From the NCBI GenBank assembly GCA_032718475.1, contig JAUCBJ010001964.1:1-44915 (forward strand): a DNA stretch of 44,915 bases, in the 5' to 3' direction. Below, in pieces: positions 33,154-44,691 of this stretch. The notes beneath the pieces are model-generated. The model was given only the letters and a program-made list of their open reading frames with translations, did not search any database and was not told the origin of the DNA. Both the position numbers and the translations under genes were made by a program. This DNA is from Nemertoderma westbladi (Eukaryota; Animalia; Xenacoelomorpha). The first letter of the stretch is position 1. The number at the start of each line of letters is the position of its first letter.

Positions 33154-34786
33154 TAACATATGGAGTGGGCGTGTGACTATATCATTTTATATTTGTTTTT
33201 ATTTTATATTTATGTATGTATTATTATGTAATTTTATTATAATCGTTTTCTTTAATTTTATTTAGTAGAATGTTATTTTAGTGATTATTTAGTAGATTAG
33301 TGCAATATATTAGTGTTTATTACGTACGTAATTACTTATAATATATATTTAGTGCGACGGCGAGAAATAATTATTTTTTCTCTTTCCTTACTGTCCGTAT
33401 CATATTATAAATACGTGACTACAGTAAGATGAAATGTCCGTACTTATTAAAGTACAATAAAGCTCCTACTATACTTAAGTATTATTGGTAGGCAGAGTAT
33501 TAGGAATGCAAAGTTCAGATCCTCGTGTCTCGGCTAAACCAAGCTCTGGGTAGACCTTGGAAACGACTTGCCTCTTCACACTGACATTGCTTCGTGCGAT
33601 ATTGCTCTTCATACCGTATATTAAATAATACATATAGTAGCGTGATGTCCCTATAACAGTAGCGTAAAACGCAAATAAATCTGTTAAACCTTTTGACCAT
33701 CTACAATTCTAGTCGATTAAGATATCGCGGCACCCACCGATATACTTGAAAGACAAATTCTAGAATCAGTGGTTAACGTCCCCAGACGGGTTCTGGAATA
33801 AATCGGTGCCCATCTTAAATATTAATTTAATATTTATTAAAATCTGTAAAATTCAGATCCTTTAAAATTTCTAGTCAATTAAGATATCGCAGCACTTACC
33901 GATACTCTTAAAAGACAATTTTATAGAATTAAGGATCCTCAGTCCCCAGACATGCTCTGGAATAAAAATTGTGTCAATTTTAACATCAAATAATAAAATT
34001 CACGGGAATAAATTTAAATTCATATCTTTAAATGAATTTCATAAATTGTCATTTTGTGCAATTTATAACATTCCCAAAATTCCATTAATTAATAGATCAT
34101 GGGAGCGGAGATTCATCCTATTGAGTGTATTAGAGTGCGAGAATCTCCAACATATAGTCAATAGCCGATAAAATTAATAAAATCATGCATAAAGAGGATA
34201 TTGACAATTAAAGAATTACTATTAAATAGCATTCCAGATCTGTATGCATGAGAATTACCCTAATTCTACCGCTAGCTTTCCATAATGTCACCATAGCAAC
34301 ACCCACGCTAGAATTAGAAGCAAGTTAAAAGAACAATAGAAAGCTTGTCCCATTGCATAGCATAGAGAATACATAGCACACTGTTAGTATCCAAGGATAC
34401 ACAGTAATAACGTGACATTCTGGAAGGCACTGACTAACGGACAAATGGCCTGTATGTGTACAATTGGTGACAGTTGTGTGGAATTTGTGCGTTTGTAGGT
34501 GAATGTTACTGCTAAGGTGTGTTTACAGTAGCTAGTCGCAATTGTGAAAGTAGCCCAACTCTCCTATAGAAAGAACCTAAAGTGGATCCAAGACTTTGGG
34601 ACGGACAGTGGAGTGACTTGTGCCGGTTATCGTCGTCGTGCTGTTGCTACATGTTGGCGTAAACACCGCGACGACGGTACGTCGGCGCTGAGAATCCCAC
34701 TGTCCGGGGGCAAAGAAAGGTAGGCAGCGACGCCCGCTCGCCTAAACATAAACTCATTATAATCTTAATAAACTCAGATAGCAGAT

Positions 34787-36237
34787 ATGACGGAGTTGAT
34801 AGAAGATGATCTTGGTATCAGGGAGCGATATACTCTACCTTTACAAGCATTTGTGGATAGCTTGATACGCGGTGAAGCCGATCCAACCATTACGGAGGAC
34901 GATGGTCGTTATATCGAACCGCCGATGTCCCAAGAGCAACTTACGCGTGAATTGGACTATCGAAAATTCACCGCTCGCTATACGAATCGTAACAGTACGT
35001 ATATGGACTTCCTAACTACCGGCCATCCTATCGATTTACATGATACGGACGATGTATACACCGAAAGGGAAATGGTTCTATTTAAATATCATACCCAGCG
35101 GAGTCGTAACGATAAACCGAGAATAGATCACGAAAATTATATTCGTAACAGACTGGGAAGACGAACCAATATGCCTAGAATCTGAGGAGATTCAGCCTAT
35201 CGCGCCCGGAACAGCGACAACGATTACATCCTAGAATGGTATCAAGGTCCACAGTGTCTCACTGCGTACAATTATCGCCATGCCAACTATGTTTCTCGGC
35301 AACGTTGTCGGTTATGCGCATCGAAAGACCATGTTACGCCCATGGACACAAACATCCGCTGTTCCTATTTCCACGAACAACCAGCGATGGAAATTTATTG
35401 CGCATATTGCAGACTCAATAACTTGCATATTTTTGCGGTTTGCCCTCAATTTATGACTCAATGTCACCATTGTCAACTAAAGGGATACGCCAGTTTCGAT
35501 TGCCCTTTTAATCACGATTTGGAAAGCGTAGATGAAATGATCACACTACGTTACATCAGAGCTTGGGAAGCGAACACTGATTTACATTGTGATTCGCGCC
35601 ATCGCTATTATCCTGGACGCGCTTACGAAGGAGTTTATGCATTCCATCCTTATCTATTCGCTTCTGTCGAACAGAAATCACGCATATCGAGTTACGAACT
35701 ACTGAAGCGCGTCGGAGAATGTATTTCAACCAAATTCGTACGCAAATTTCTCAGGAGTGTTAATCCTAGCGACATTCATTCCTATAACTTAATCAATTTT
35801 ATCCGTCAAGATCCGGGCTATGGAGACTTATTTGTTAACTCACACCCGAGTTACAGGAAGTATATCGACGGCCTTACGAATACCGAGCCCGCGAACGCGA
35901 GTTGGAAAGAACCATTAAACCCAGGAAGTTTCTAACTGCCTATGGTCCACCTACGGCTCTCGTTCAGACCACTCGTAAAGGACCCGTAAGAGCGGCTATC
36001 CTAAAACGCGCTCTAAAGGCCGTTAGACCCCTCTTCCCCGACGTTGATGTCAACCAACCCGGCACTTCGACCGGCGGATACACCGACCATAATCCTATAC
36101 CCTCTGATGCAATCATATTGCACCCTTCACCCAGGAGTTATAGCCCTCCTTGTAAAGTGGCTCGCCCCAAGAGAGAGGAAAAGACTCTGGCTAGCTTTAA
36201 AAAACTGCGTAAACGCCGTCCGCGTAAGAAAGATTAA
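34787..36237 (+). CDS. Accessory 3' ORF of BEL copy 2: zinc-knuckle protein with a basic C-terminus, interrupted by one in-frame TGA (35183-35185) and one frameshift (~35902-35935)
   Basis: ORFs 34787-35185 and 35342-35935 are in the same frame with open sequence between them; knuckle-like motifs CRLCASKDH..C, CAYCRLNNLHIFAVC and CHHCQLKGYASFDC; overlapping -1 frame ends KKLRKRRPRKKD. Confidence 0.65.
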
Positions 36238-36307
36238 CTGTTTAGAGTATTTACGTATATTAGAAACTGTGATTTTGTATATTTTATAGACTTAAATCCC
36301 ATTTTCT

Positions 36308-36315
36308 GGGAGCGG
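36308..36315 (+). promoter_or_regulatory. Polypurine-tract-like sequence GGGAGCGG
   Basis: Lies immediately 5' of the TG of the 3' LTR. Confidence 0.6.
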
Positions 36316-37566
36316 TGTAAAAGCTTCTGTGGGATATAACTGGCCCTTTTGCTTTGCAATCCAGTTTCCCCCCAGGCGCTGGAATACTCTAAAAGGCTCA
36401 CTAACTCGAATGGTACAAGCGACCGGCTGATTGGCTGATTTGCTGTACGAGGGGTTCTTTGCTATGTTCTATCGGCCAACCAGAGCTATAGCAGCAGAGT
36501 ATGCAACCAGGACAACCGAGCGGAGTGACTCATTTTGTGTGCTGGCCAAGGGATGCAAAAATCCTGATAGTTCGGCATTTAGATATTCGTGGAACCTGTG
36601 GAATCTGGTGTTCTGCCAATGAGAGCTATTCCTCTCTGTGTAAAAGATACCTGCAACAGGGACAGAGGACAGTGTTGTTATTCCTCCTACGCCAGAACAT
36701 CGGCTTTTGGAATGACTCGTTTCAGACTTTTAGTAAAACATTAGTAGGCTTAAATTATAGAACGTATAACTGTTATCGGCCCAACTGCCCAACGGCATAT
36801 AACCCACAACTCGGCCCGATCTGCCCGATCGGTTGTGTTTGCTGCATTGTCAGCGTGTTACATTATCTTAACCTACCGTCTTAATGTTATTTACTGTTGT
36901 GTTTATCAGTTGGTTGAATATTATTATTTGGAGAACATCTATAAAGAACCCAAATTTCCCAATTTTCTTGATACACTACAGGTTAGAGAGACAGGCTATA
37001 TATAACAATTGCGACTTATGTTATCGTGGTTTGTAGTGAACCTAATGCTATTTGATAGACACTACATAGGTCAATTGCTGTTCTCTTTATGTGTGATCAA
37101 ATTCATTGACGGTCGGCAGATTAGTGTGCAGTATTGTGCGGTACCGGTAGTGTGCATGATTGTGACCGATAACAAAGCATTTCCTAAAGAATGCGCCTTA
37201 TACGTGAATTATAAGCCTTACCGTTGCGTGTAGTATAAGTCATAACTCTGTTTACTTAGGTAGAGCGCCACGTCCTAAAGGAACTGTTAATATTTCCCGA
37301 AAGTGAATAATATTTGTCAGAAATTACTTATTAACGATCAATCGAATAATACAGTAGGCTTCACTGCAATAATAAAATTTAAGCCACATCCGAACCCAGT
37401 CTCCCGGGAATATCCAGCGGGTGAATGGACGCGCACTAGGCTGGCTTCGGCTAATGTTGTGTTTATTGGTATTAAATATTTGTCATCTTCTAAAGTCTGA
37501 ACATAAACCAAAAGACATATAAATTTTGGCAGGTTAAACTGCTAAAGGTCTTCAAAAGCGCGTACA
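36316..37566 (+). repeat. 3' LTR of BEL copy 2
   Basis: Direct repeat of 25569-26819, followed by the AGCAC TSD. Confidence 0.97.
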
Positions 37567-38356
37567 AGCACCAAATTTTGGAAAATAAGCAAATTGATCA
37601 GTAGATAGTATCATCTTGTTTATTGCGTTATACGGGATTATGAGGGTCCTGAATCCGATGGAATCAATAAAAACAGCACTGGACATCGCAAACTTGTACT
37701 TTTTGGTGATGGGTACGAAATTTGGTCCTAGCACCAAAATTTGCCAAATTACGCCGAAAAATACAAGTAGCAATGATGGGGCATTTTAGAAATGTATTCC
37801 ATTAGAATCAGCGCCCTAGAAAACCTGAAAATGTGAATTTATAGCATCGTATAAGTTAATTAAAAATTTTGTGTTCAAACTGAAAAGTGCTGGTTACTTG
37901 TTTTTTTCATTTTTTTCCTACGCAGAGAGGACTAAACAGCCATTTATAGTAATCATATCATTTTTAAATATTTTCCAATGAATTTTGCACCCCAGAAAAC
38001 CAGTATTGAAAAACAATTAGACGAAAAATGTAACTTTCAAATTTTCTGAAAATTGTGCACTACTTGTAATTTTGGTGCTGCAATATAACCACCCCAGTAC
38101 ATTTTTTTCGAAATTTTTTTTTTCGGTCGGATCCTGACTAGTGATACCTACGTACAAACAAAAAATCAGACGTTTTCGTAAAAATTTGTAGATTTTAGAG
38201 GGAGGGGTCAATATGACCCCCCCCCCGGTATTTGTACAACATTTTATAGCCCGGTACTAATAGGGTTAAGTAATTATTTAGAATACTGTAGACTATTCAC
38301 GCTAGGCGGTTATTTGAAAATAGTGGGCAACAAGCTGATAGCAGTATCCAGTATAC

Positions 38357-40706
38357 TCTAACCGACACCCTAACCGATGTGGCCCACAATGTAGGGGTGG
38401 AACCGCAACTCCAGCCATTATCGGATGAGACTTTCAGTCATCGGTCGACTTCGACAGAGCAGCAGGCGAGGCTAGACGTTTCGGTGAGCGGATTCTGGGG
38501 CAACAGCTTCCAGAAGACGTACATCGACGTCTCAGTCTTTAACCCGCTGGCAGACACCAATGCGGCGATGTCCCTTCCGGCAGCCCACCTACACCACGAG
38601 TCTCGCAAGAGACTCAAGTACGAGGACCGGTTGAGGGAGGTCGAGCACGCCAGCCCAGGTAGCACAAATACGTAAATTACGGTAAATTTACGTTCATTAT
38701 TCGTCCAGACGTTCTGGATTTATGTTCATATGACGTTGTATTTCTCCCATAAGATGCTATTTATGCTAAACGTTCAATAGTTCAAAGTTGGCCGTCAGAA
38801 GTACCGTAATATGAACGGGCAATTGAACGTAAAAGAGACCACAGGCAATCTATGTTCAAATGACGTGTGTTCACTAGACATTCATTTCTGGTGTGTTATA
38901 GGTCCATATTAGGTTGAATAAACGTACAAATTTAACGTGCGACCAACCAATTACTGTTTGTTGGTGCATGTTCTGTGTAGAGAGGGGAGGGGGGGGGGGG
39001 GGGGGGGGGGGTTAGCCTAACTTATCCAATCCCTACAACCTATCCTACGGCCCTACACCTACAATACCCTATACATTTAGAGAAGGAAGCATCAGAGTAT
39101 ATATGAAATTATTTAATCGATAGTGATATAAGAGTATCCATGATATATTATGGTGATAATCCACAAATTCACATTGGATTAGTTAGATTTCTGTATTTTA
39201 TCTTATTTCCAGCCAAAATAGATTATTCATATTGATGAATCTTAAAAAAATTAATTAATTTTATGACCTTATAATTGATATTTGAAATTTTGTATCTATG
39301 CAATAAGGCAATATAATACATACAAAAAGCGATTGAAACGTAAGAAAGGTTTATATAATATGATAAATTTGTAAAATAAAAAATAATGTTTTGCGATTAA
39401 AAAAATTACCCTACGCATGATAGAAGTTTGAACATTCCAACGCCCATATATCCGATTTATCTCAACAAAATGTAATGGTATTTGGTCAGTTGGTATCAAA
39501 ATAGACAAACTTTTGCGGTTTTCTTTGTTTGATATTTTCTTGGTTCAAAAGGCCTAATATATTCTAATAATTTTATTACAATTTTTCGTGACATAGTACT
39601 AGTGTATTAGCTTTAGTAATCAGTAGAATCACCTTTGTCTAATTTTGATGTTATTTGTTGTTTAAAATGTTTAAAAATGCGACAGCATTGTATTGGTTAT
39701 CAATGTTTTGTTGTGTGAATAATTTTTCGATTACTTAAAGTAATTGTTTTGTATTGAGAATGAACCATTAGTCCAGATATAACTAAGCGGAACCACACCA
39801 ACCGTACAAGGAGTAGGCTAACCAACATAAAAAATAATTGCACAATAATAAATAGTCAGATAATTGTATCACGAACAAGTTTGAACATGCCATTGACATA
39901 ACAAGTTAAAGAAAATTATGTTTGAACGTTCATAAATGTTCAAACAACGTACATATTTAGGTACAAAGAAATGAACGCATAACTGGACGCAATTTGAACG
40001 TTCAATATTCGTTTGTTTTGGTACATATTCAATTTCTTTAAAGTTAGGACGTTAAATTACCTAATGTGAACTTCACAATTTGGTAAATTACTCACAACGT
40101 CAGCAATTTTTACCTATTTTGAACAATATTTCATTGATGTTCAGATTCGCATAAAAAAAGTACCAAATATGAACGTTCAATTTCTTTCGTGGACGTCCTG
40201 TGCTACCTGGGAGCTTCACTCCGCTTATCTTCTCGACGTTCGGTGGAACTTCGCCGGCAGCGTCGCAGTTCCTCAAGCGCTTGTCACTGAAGCTGTCCGA
40301 CAAACGTGACTACCCGTACTCCGAGTGCGTGGTGTGGGTGCGCAGGCGGCTGAGCTTCGCGCTATTGCGATCAGCCCTCCTCTGTCTGCGTGGCAATCGG
40401 TCCACCAGGAAGCGTCCGGTGAGGTGCGATGTTGGGGAAACGTCCATCGTCCTCAGTAACGCCGACAGCAATCCGGTGTGATGGGCAGTTCATTACAGTA
40501 TTCAGGTATTAGCTGCAGACAGTACTGGTATTGCAGTCCTGCAGGCAATATTCTACCGTTGTGTTTATACGGTTGCTAGGTGATGGATAATGACAGCTGG
40601 TGGTGGTTGAATTATGTTTGTCCAGTAATTTTTGTGCTTTGTGTGTTATTTTTAAAGATGAATATAATATAATATACTGTCAATGTCCTGAGGAAGCTGA
40701 AAAAAA
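38357..40706 (+). mobile_element. 5'-truncated CRE-like non-LTR retrotransposon (restriction-like endonuclease C-terminus), interrupted by a MITE
   Basis: VEPQLQPL..ARLDV.VSGFWG..YIDVSVFNP..E.RKRLKY..VEHAS|FTPLIFSTFGG..W.RRRLSFALLRS..CLRG is an RLE-type domain; A-tail at ~40700-40707; 14-bp TSD AGTATCCAGTATAC at 38343-38356 and 40707-40720. Confidence 0.85.
38654..40211. mobile_element. Non-autonomous CMC/EnSpm-type DNA transposon (1558 bp)
   Basis: 13-bp TIR CCCAGGTAGCACA / TGTGCTACCTGGG; 2-bp TSD AG; many subterminal AACGT/ACGTT motifs; excision restores CAC GCC AGC TTC ACT in frame. Confidence 0.82.
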
Positions 40707-41290
40707 AGTATCCAGTATACAGTAAGTTGCTGGCCTAAGGCCAGCCGGAGGCAAATTTAGACCCAAATACAGTACCGCGATTGGTCACAAATAGGTAATT
40801 TCGTCATTTTAAGTTATTTTAAACAATATGCATTCATACATTCTGTTAGTGAACCCCAGTATTTGCAATTAGGCGATACGTGAACACGCTGAGTGTAACC
40901 TCTCCCACACTCGTTTCAAGTAGCTTAGGGAGCTGATTCGGGTTTATTGTTTTGGTTATTCCCGCGCGGCTCATAGATTCGAACAGTTAGCTCTCTGTCG
41001 AGCGATCGGCAGAGAAAGGAACAAGCGATTTGCTGGAGCGGTATAAAATTAGTAAAATATATTAGCGGACGGCCAGGTTAGCGCCATCCAGCGGTGAGAA
41101 GCAGTTTTGTGTTTAGTAGCAGTGCGGCAGTAATAACGCGCTCCTGATCGCCCCTGTTTAACACTGTATATCAGTTTCATAGTTATCATCTGTTATCATA
41201 GTTTACGCATACTGTATTGCCGAATCAGCACTCACACTGGCTACAATTAGGTGTACAGTACTAATACATTCCGTTTTCTAAGAATATGAC

Positions 41291-41545
41291 GTGACTGACT
41301 TTTCAAAATCTTTCCAACGTGTAAAACAGATTCATCGATATCAAACAAGAACCGCAGAAACAAACAAATTTTTTATACCTCGAAAAAAACTGACACTCTA
41401 CCAGGCTTCTCTTGCAAACCCTGGGGCGAAATTGTGGAATAATATTCTCGAATATAGGCCTACAGTATGTACCATTAATTCTAAAGGACTGTTTAAAAAC
41501 AATTTAACAAACGAATTATTCAAACATGAAAAACCGTTTATATAA
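41291..41545 (+). pseudogene. 3' end of a CR1/L2-group LINE ORF2
   Basis: HRYQTR...GAKLWNNI...S..LFK resembles the H.YNTR / G.KLWN / S...FK tail of these LINEs. Confidence 0.6.
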
Positions 41546-42599
41546 TAAGTATTACTTTGCAAATAATACAGCATAACCAATATTAATATTGAGCTTTTAC
41601 CACAATGGGCTGGAGTATCTGGAATGAAAACCCGGGGGGGGGGGGGGTAGTTTGGGCTTATAAACAGATAGTGTTGCATAGATCTGATCATCTTCAAAAT
41701 CATATGATCCATCGGACTTCACACTTTAGGGCGACCGCTACTCAACTCGCATTGCGACAAAGTGGCGTCTTACTTCATCAACATTAATTTATCAGTTTTT
41801 AATTCACATTAAATATAATGTGCTATTATATGCGCGTATTATATGGAGGTATATTTAAAAAAAATTAATGTTTTAGGGTGATTCTGGTGGGCCACTCATC
41901 TGCGACAATGGCGGGTCCTGGGAACTAGTGGGAGCAACCAGCTGGGGATACGGATGTGCTCGACAAAGGAAACCGGGAGTCTACAGCAGGGTTTCCGAAA
42001 ATCTATCCTTCATTAGATCTATAGTTCCTGATGTCTAGAAAACGATGGTGCGGACTTCAAGACTTCTACATTTGTAGGTCTAGTCTTCTTATGAATTACT
42101 CTTTGATTGACTGCCCAATTGTAAATTTTACCTTTTCATTTTGTTGGTCTTGTCAGAAACTGACAGTGGTCTTTAAATCATTAATGCTGAATTGCTGAAA
42201 GTTACTTAAATATTATTTAAGTAATGTTCAGCAATAACGCAGGTGTAATTTATATGTATAGGGCAGTCATTTCTGATATGTCATGATTTATATGCTTATG
42301 CTGGTAATAAGGGTCTGTATGTTCGTGTTAGGCTATAGGCACATGCATTGAAATGTAGTAGGTTATTGGCGAGGTGATGGATGGTGATGAGTTAATGTTC
42401 TATACTTATCAAATATATCAGAATTTAATATATTATATAATATCGTAAGTTGTTACGGGTTTAGGTGAACTGGGTAATTTTTCTTTCTTAAACTTCAATG
42501 GCCTCTGTTACGTTCTGGACAATCAATAGCTGAACTCCATGGCCTACAGTACTTAAATATTATTTATTAATTATTTAATATTAAGTAGGCCATGTGAAC

Positions 42600-43800
42600 T
42601 CCAAGTCGATCTAGTTCATATCGAGGGATGTTGTTTCGTTTTACGAATTCGTCGTGATCCAAATTTTATACAGGACCCTTGGCTAAATCTGCAAAGTTCT
42701 TAATCACAAGCATTTTAATGTTGTTTAATTTATATATCTCTTTTATATCACCAGGGTCAGATAAAGACTAAAGTTTTTGAAACTGATTTGCATTACTCCA
42801 GATCGATTAAACTTCATTGCATATCCATCAGCCTTGTCAAATAGTTCTTCTTCAAAAAGTCTTGATGGATAAAGGTTCCGAACTTTCTGTATCCATTAGG
42901 TCAATTACTGCAATACTCGTCTTATTAGAATGTAGTCTGACTTGCGAAACGGAGAATTCTCTAACACCAATCCATTTTGAGTTGGAGATTTTTAATGATT
43001 TGTCCACAATATGCATTTTGTCAGGTAGGTGCCAAGGGTAACTCATAAGTTCGTATTACTGAATAATCTGTAAACTGAACCATAATTTCCGACTTGTGAA
43101 CGGGATCCTTTTGATGTAATAACTAGAAATGTCTTACATTACAGGCCATTACATTTGAGACATATGTATGTAGGAGTCCTGTAGATAGCATTTACTTCTA
43201 CTATGGCCTGGGCACAAACTTAGAAAACATAAGCGCAGTTTTTCAAAATCTGGACACTGTGAGAGTCTATGAGATTCTTTACTACATAATAAACTGCCAT
43301 TGTTGAAGGTTGTTTGTTTTATTTTGACTTTTGTATGCTGGACTTGTTGACATTTTACTTTTTATTTAACTCGAGTTCTATCGTGGGATTGTGGGGCGAG
43401 CAATCAGCAAACTGTTATAATTATACTATTGCAGTTTTATAAAAGTCTGTGTGTGATGGTGGGGGTGTAAACGTATGGGTTATCTGCCTTTCTGACTCTC
43501 AACTTTCACCACACAACCTACCGAGTATTATATGGTTGGTGTTGCAGCCGATTATATCAGTGTAAAAACCTGTTGGGTTGCACAATGAATCAGTTTAACT
43601 GCGTGAACAAGAAGGTTTACAATATTGTCTATGGAGAACAAGTCTCGTGGCACAGACAATATTGGATTGTTTGTCTTCGGAAATAGAAGGTTAAAAGCTA
43701 TATTGTGTTTTAATTGTTATTGGAGAGTGGCGATAAATCTCAAAGACTGAGATTTTAGTTTTTGGATACATTTTTGAGTAAGAATGTCAACTAGCCCAAG
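42600..43800 (-). pseudogene. Highly decayed LINE ORF2 (APE/RT) remnant
   Basis: Minus-strand KGSRSQVGNYGSV (cf. KG....NYRPI), LSTGL, SQGSC (cf. PQGS) and EIYRH; many stops and frameshifts; boundaries uncertain. Confidence 0.4.
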
Positions 43801-44302
43801 GGAAATACAAATGGCGGTTAATATTTTCACGATGTTTATTATGGAATAATAATTGTTATGAAAATCGCACATATTATCACATAAATAATGTCTATTAAAT
43901 ACGTTACTTGTACCTAAAACTACTGTACCTACGTTTCGGATGAAGCAAACTTTGCTGTTTACTTTGGTAATTTAGGGCAGAAAAATCATAAAATAAAGAT
44001 AACAAAGCGTTGTGGGAAAGTTAACAGGGAGTTTGACGGTTTGGCCGAAGTTTCTACAACGAAGTTTCCAGCGGGAGGCAAACGATAATAGAGTAAATAA
44101 GAGAATGAATAAGGTTTGGATCCCTGCGACCCTGCGATTGCTAAAACACAAATTAAAGGCTGGTCTCTTAGTTGTGTCGCTCCGAATAATCTTTGTTGCT
44201 TGTTGACTGGCTTTGACCGCATAGAAGTAGGCCTATTAGTCAAAAAATTCAAACTATTAACGCTCGCATGTCGGTAAGTCGACTAATAACAATTGAACAC
44301 TT

Positions 44303-44691
44303 GATTAGCGAGAAAGGGCTCCCACGATTAGCGAGAAAGGGCTCCACGATTAGCGAGAAAGGGCTCCACGATTAGCGAGAAAGGGCTCCCACGATTAGCG
44401 AGAAAGGGCTCCCACGATTAGCGAGAAAGGGCTCCACGATTAGCGAGAAAGGGCTCCCACGATCAGCGAGAAAGGGCTCCCACGATCAGCGAGAAAGGGC
44501 TCCCACGATTAGCGAGAAAGGGCTCCCACGATTAGCGAGAAAGGGCTCCCACGATTAGCGAGAAAGGGCTCCCACGATTAGCGAAAAACTCCCACGATCA
44601 GCGAGAAAGGGCTCCCACGATCAGCGAGAAAGGGCTCCCACGATCAGCGAGAAAGGGCTCACACGATTAGCGAGAAAGGGCTCCCACGATT
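44303..44691. repeat. 23-bp GC-rich minisatellite GATTAGCGAGAAAGGGCTCCCAC, about 17 copies
   Basis: Direct reading; 22-bp and GATCAG variants present. Confidence 0.97.

Larger units (their letters stand above)
25569..37566 (+). mobile_element. BEL/Pao LTR retrotransposon copy 2: full-length provirus structure (11,998 bp), lacking RT, RNase H and integrase
   Basis: Two 1251-bp LTRs (TGTA...TACA); 5-bp TSD AGCAC at 25564-25568 and 37567-37571; purine-rich tract before the 3' LTR. Confidence 0.97.
24706..38265. mobile_element. Non-autonomous piggyBac-like element (~1.56 kb when empty), interrupted by BEL copy 2
   Basis: TTAA at 24702-24705 and 38266-38269; CCCTATTA/TAATAGGG termini; subterminal palindrome GGGTCAATATGACCC near both ends; internal subrepeat (AACTTGTA..TTTTGGTGCTAGCACCAAATTTTG) on both sides of the LTR insertion. 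Confidence 0.87.

Noticed and set aside
34561-34582. CCTATAGAAAGAACCTAA resembles the satellite segment CCATATAAAAAGAACCTTAA
   Set aside because: Short, AT-rich and gapped; not enough to claim the satellite derives from the element.
34787-36237. env gene or selenoprotein (in-frame TGA)
   Set aside because: No signal peptide, TM helix or fusion-protein Cys pattern; no SECIS recognised and the TGA is not in a redox motif.
8510-37566. DIRS-like or single giant element with inverted LTRs
   Set aside because: Copy 2 has its own direct LTRs and TSD, and each copy sits in a separate host transposon, so these are two independent insertions.
38983-39011. Long poly-G tract (also ~41633-41647)
   Set aside because: Simple homopolymer inside a MITE, length error-prone in sequencing; G4 potential but no further support.
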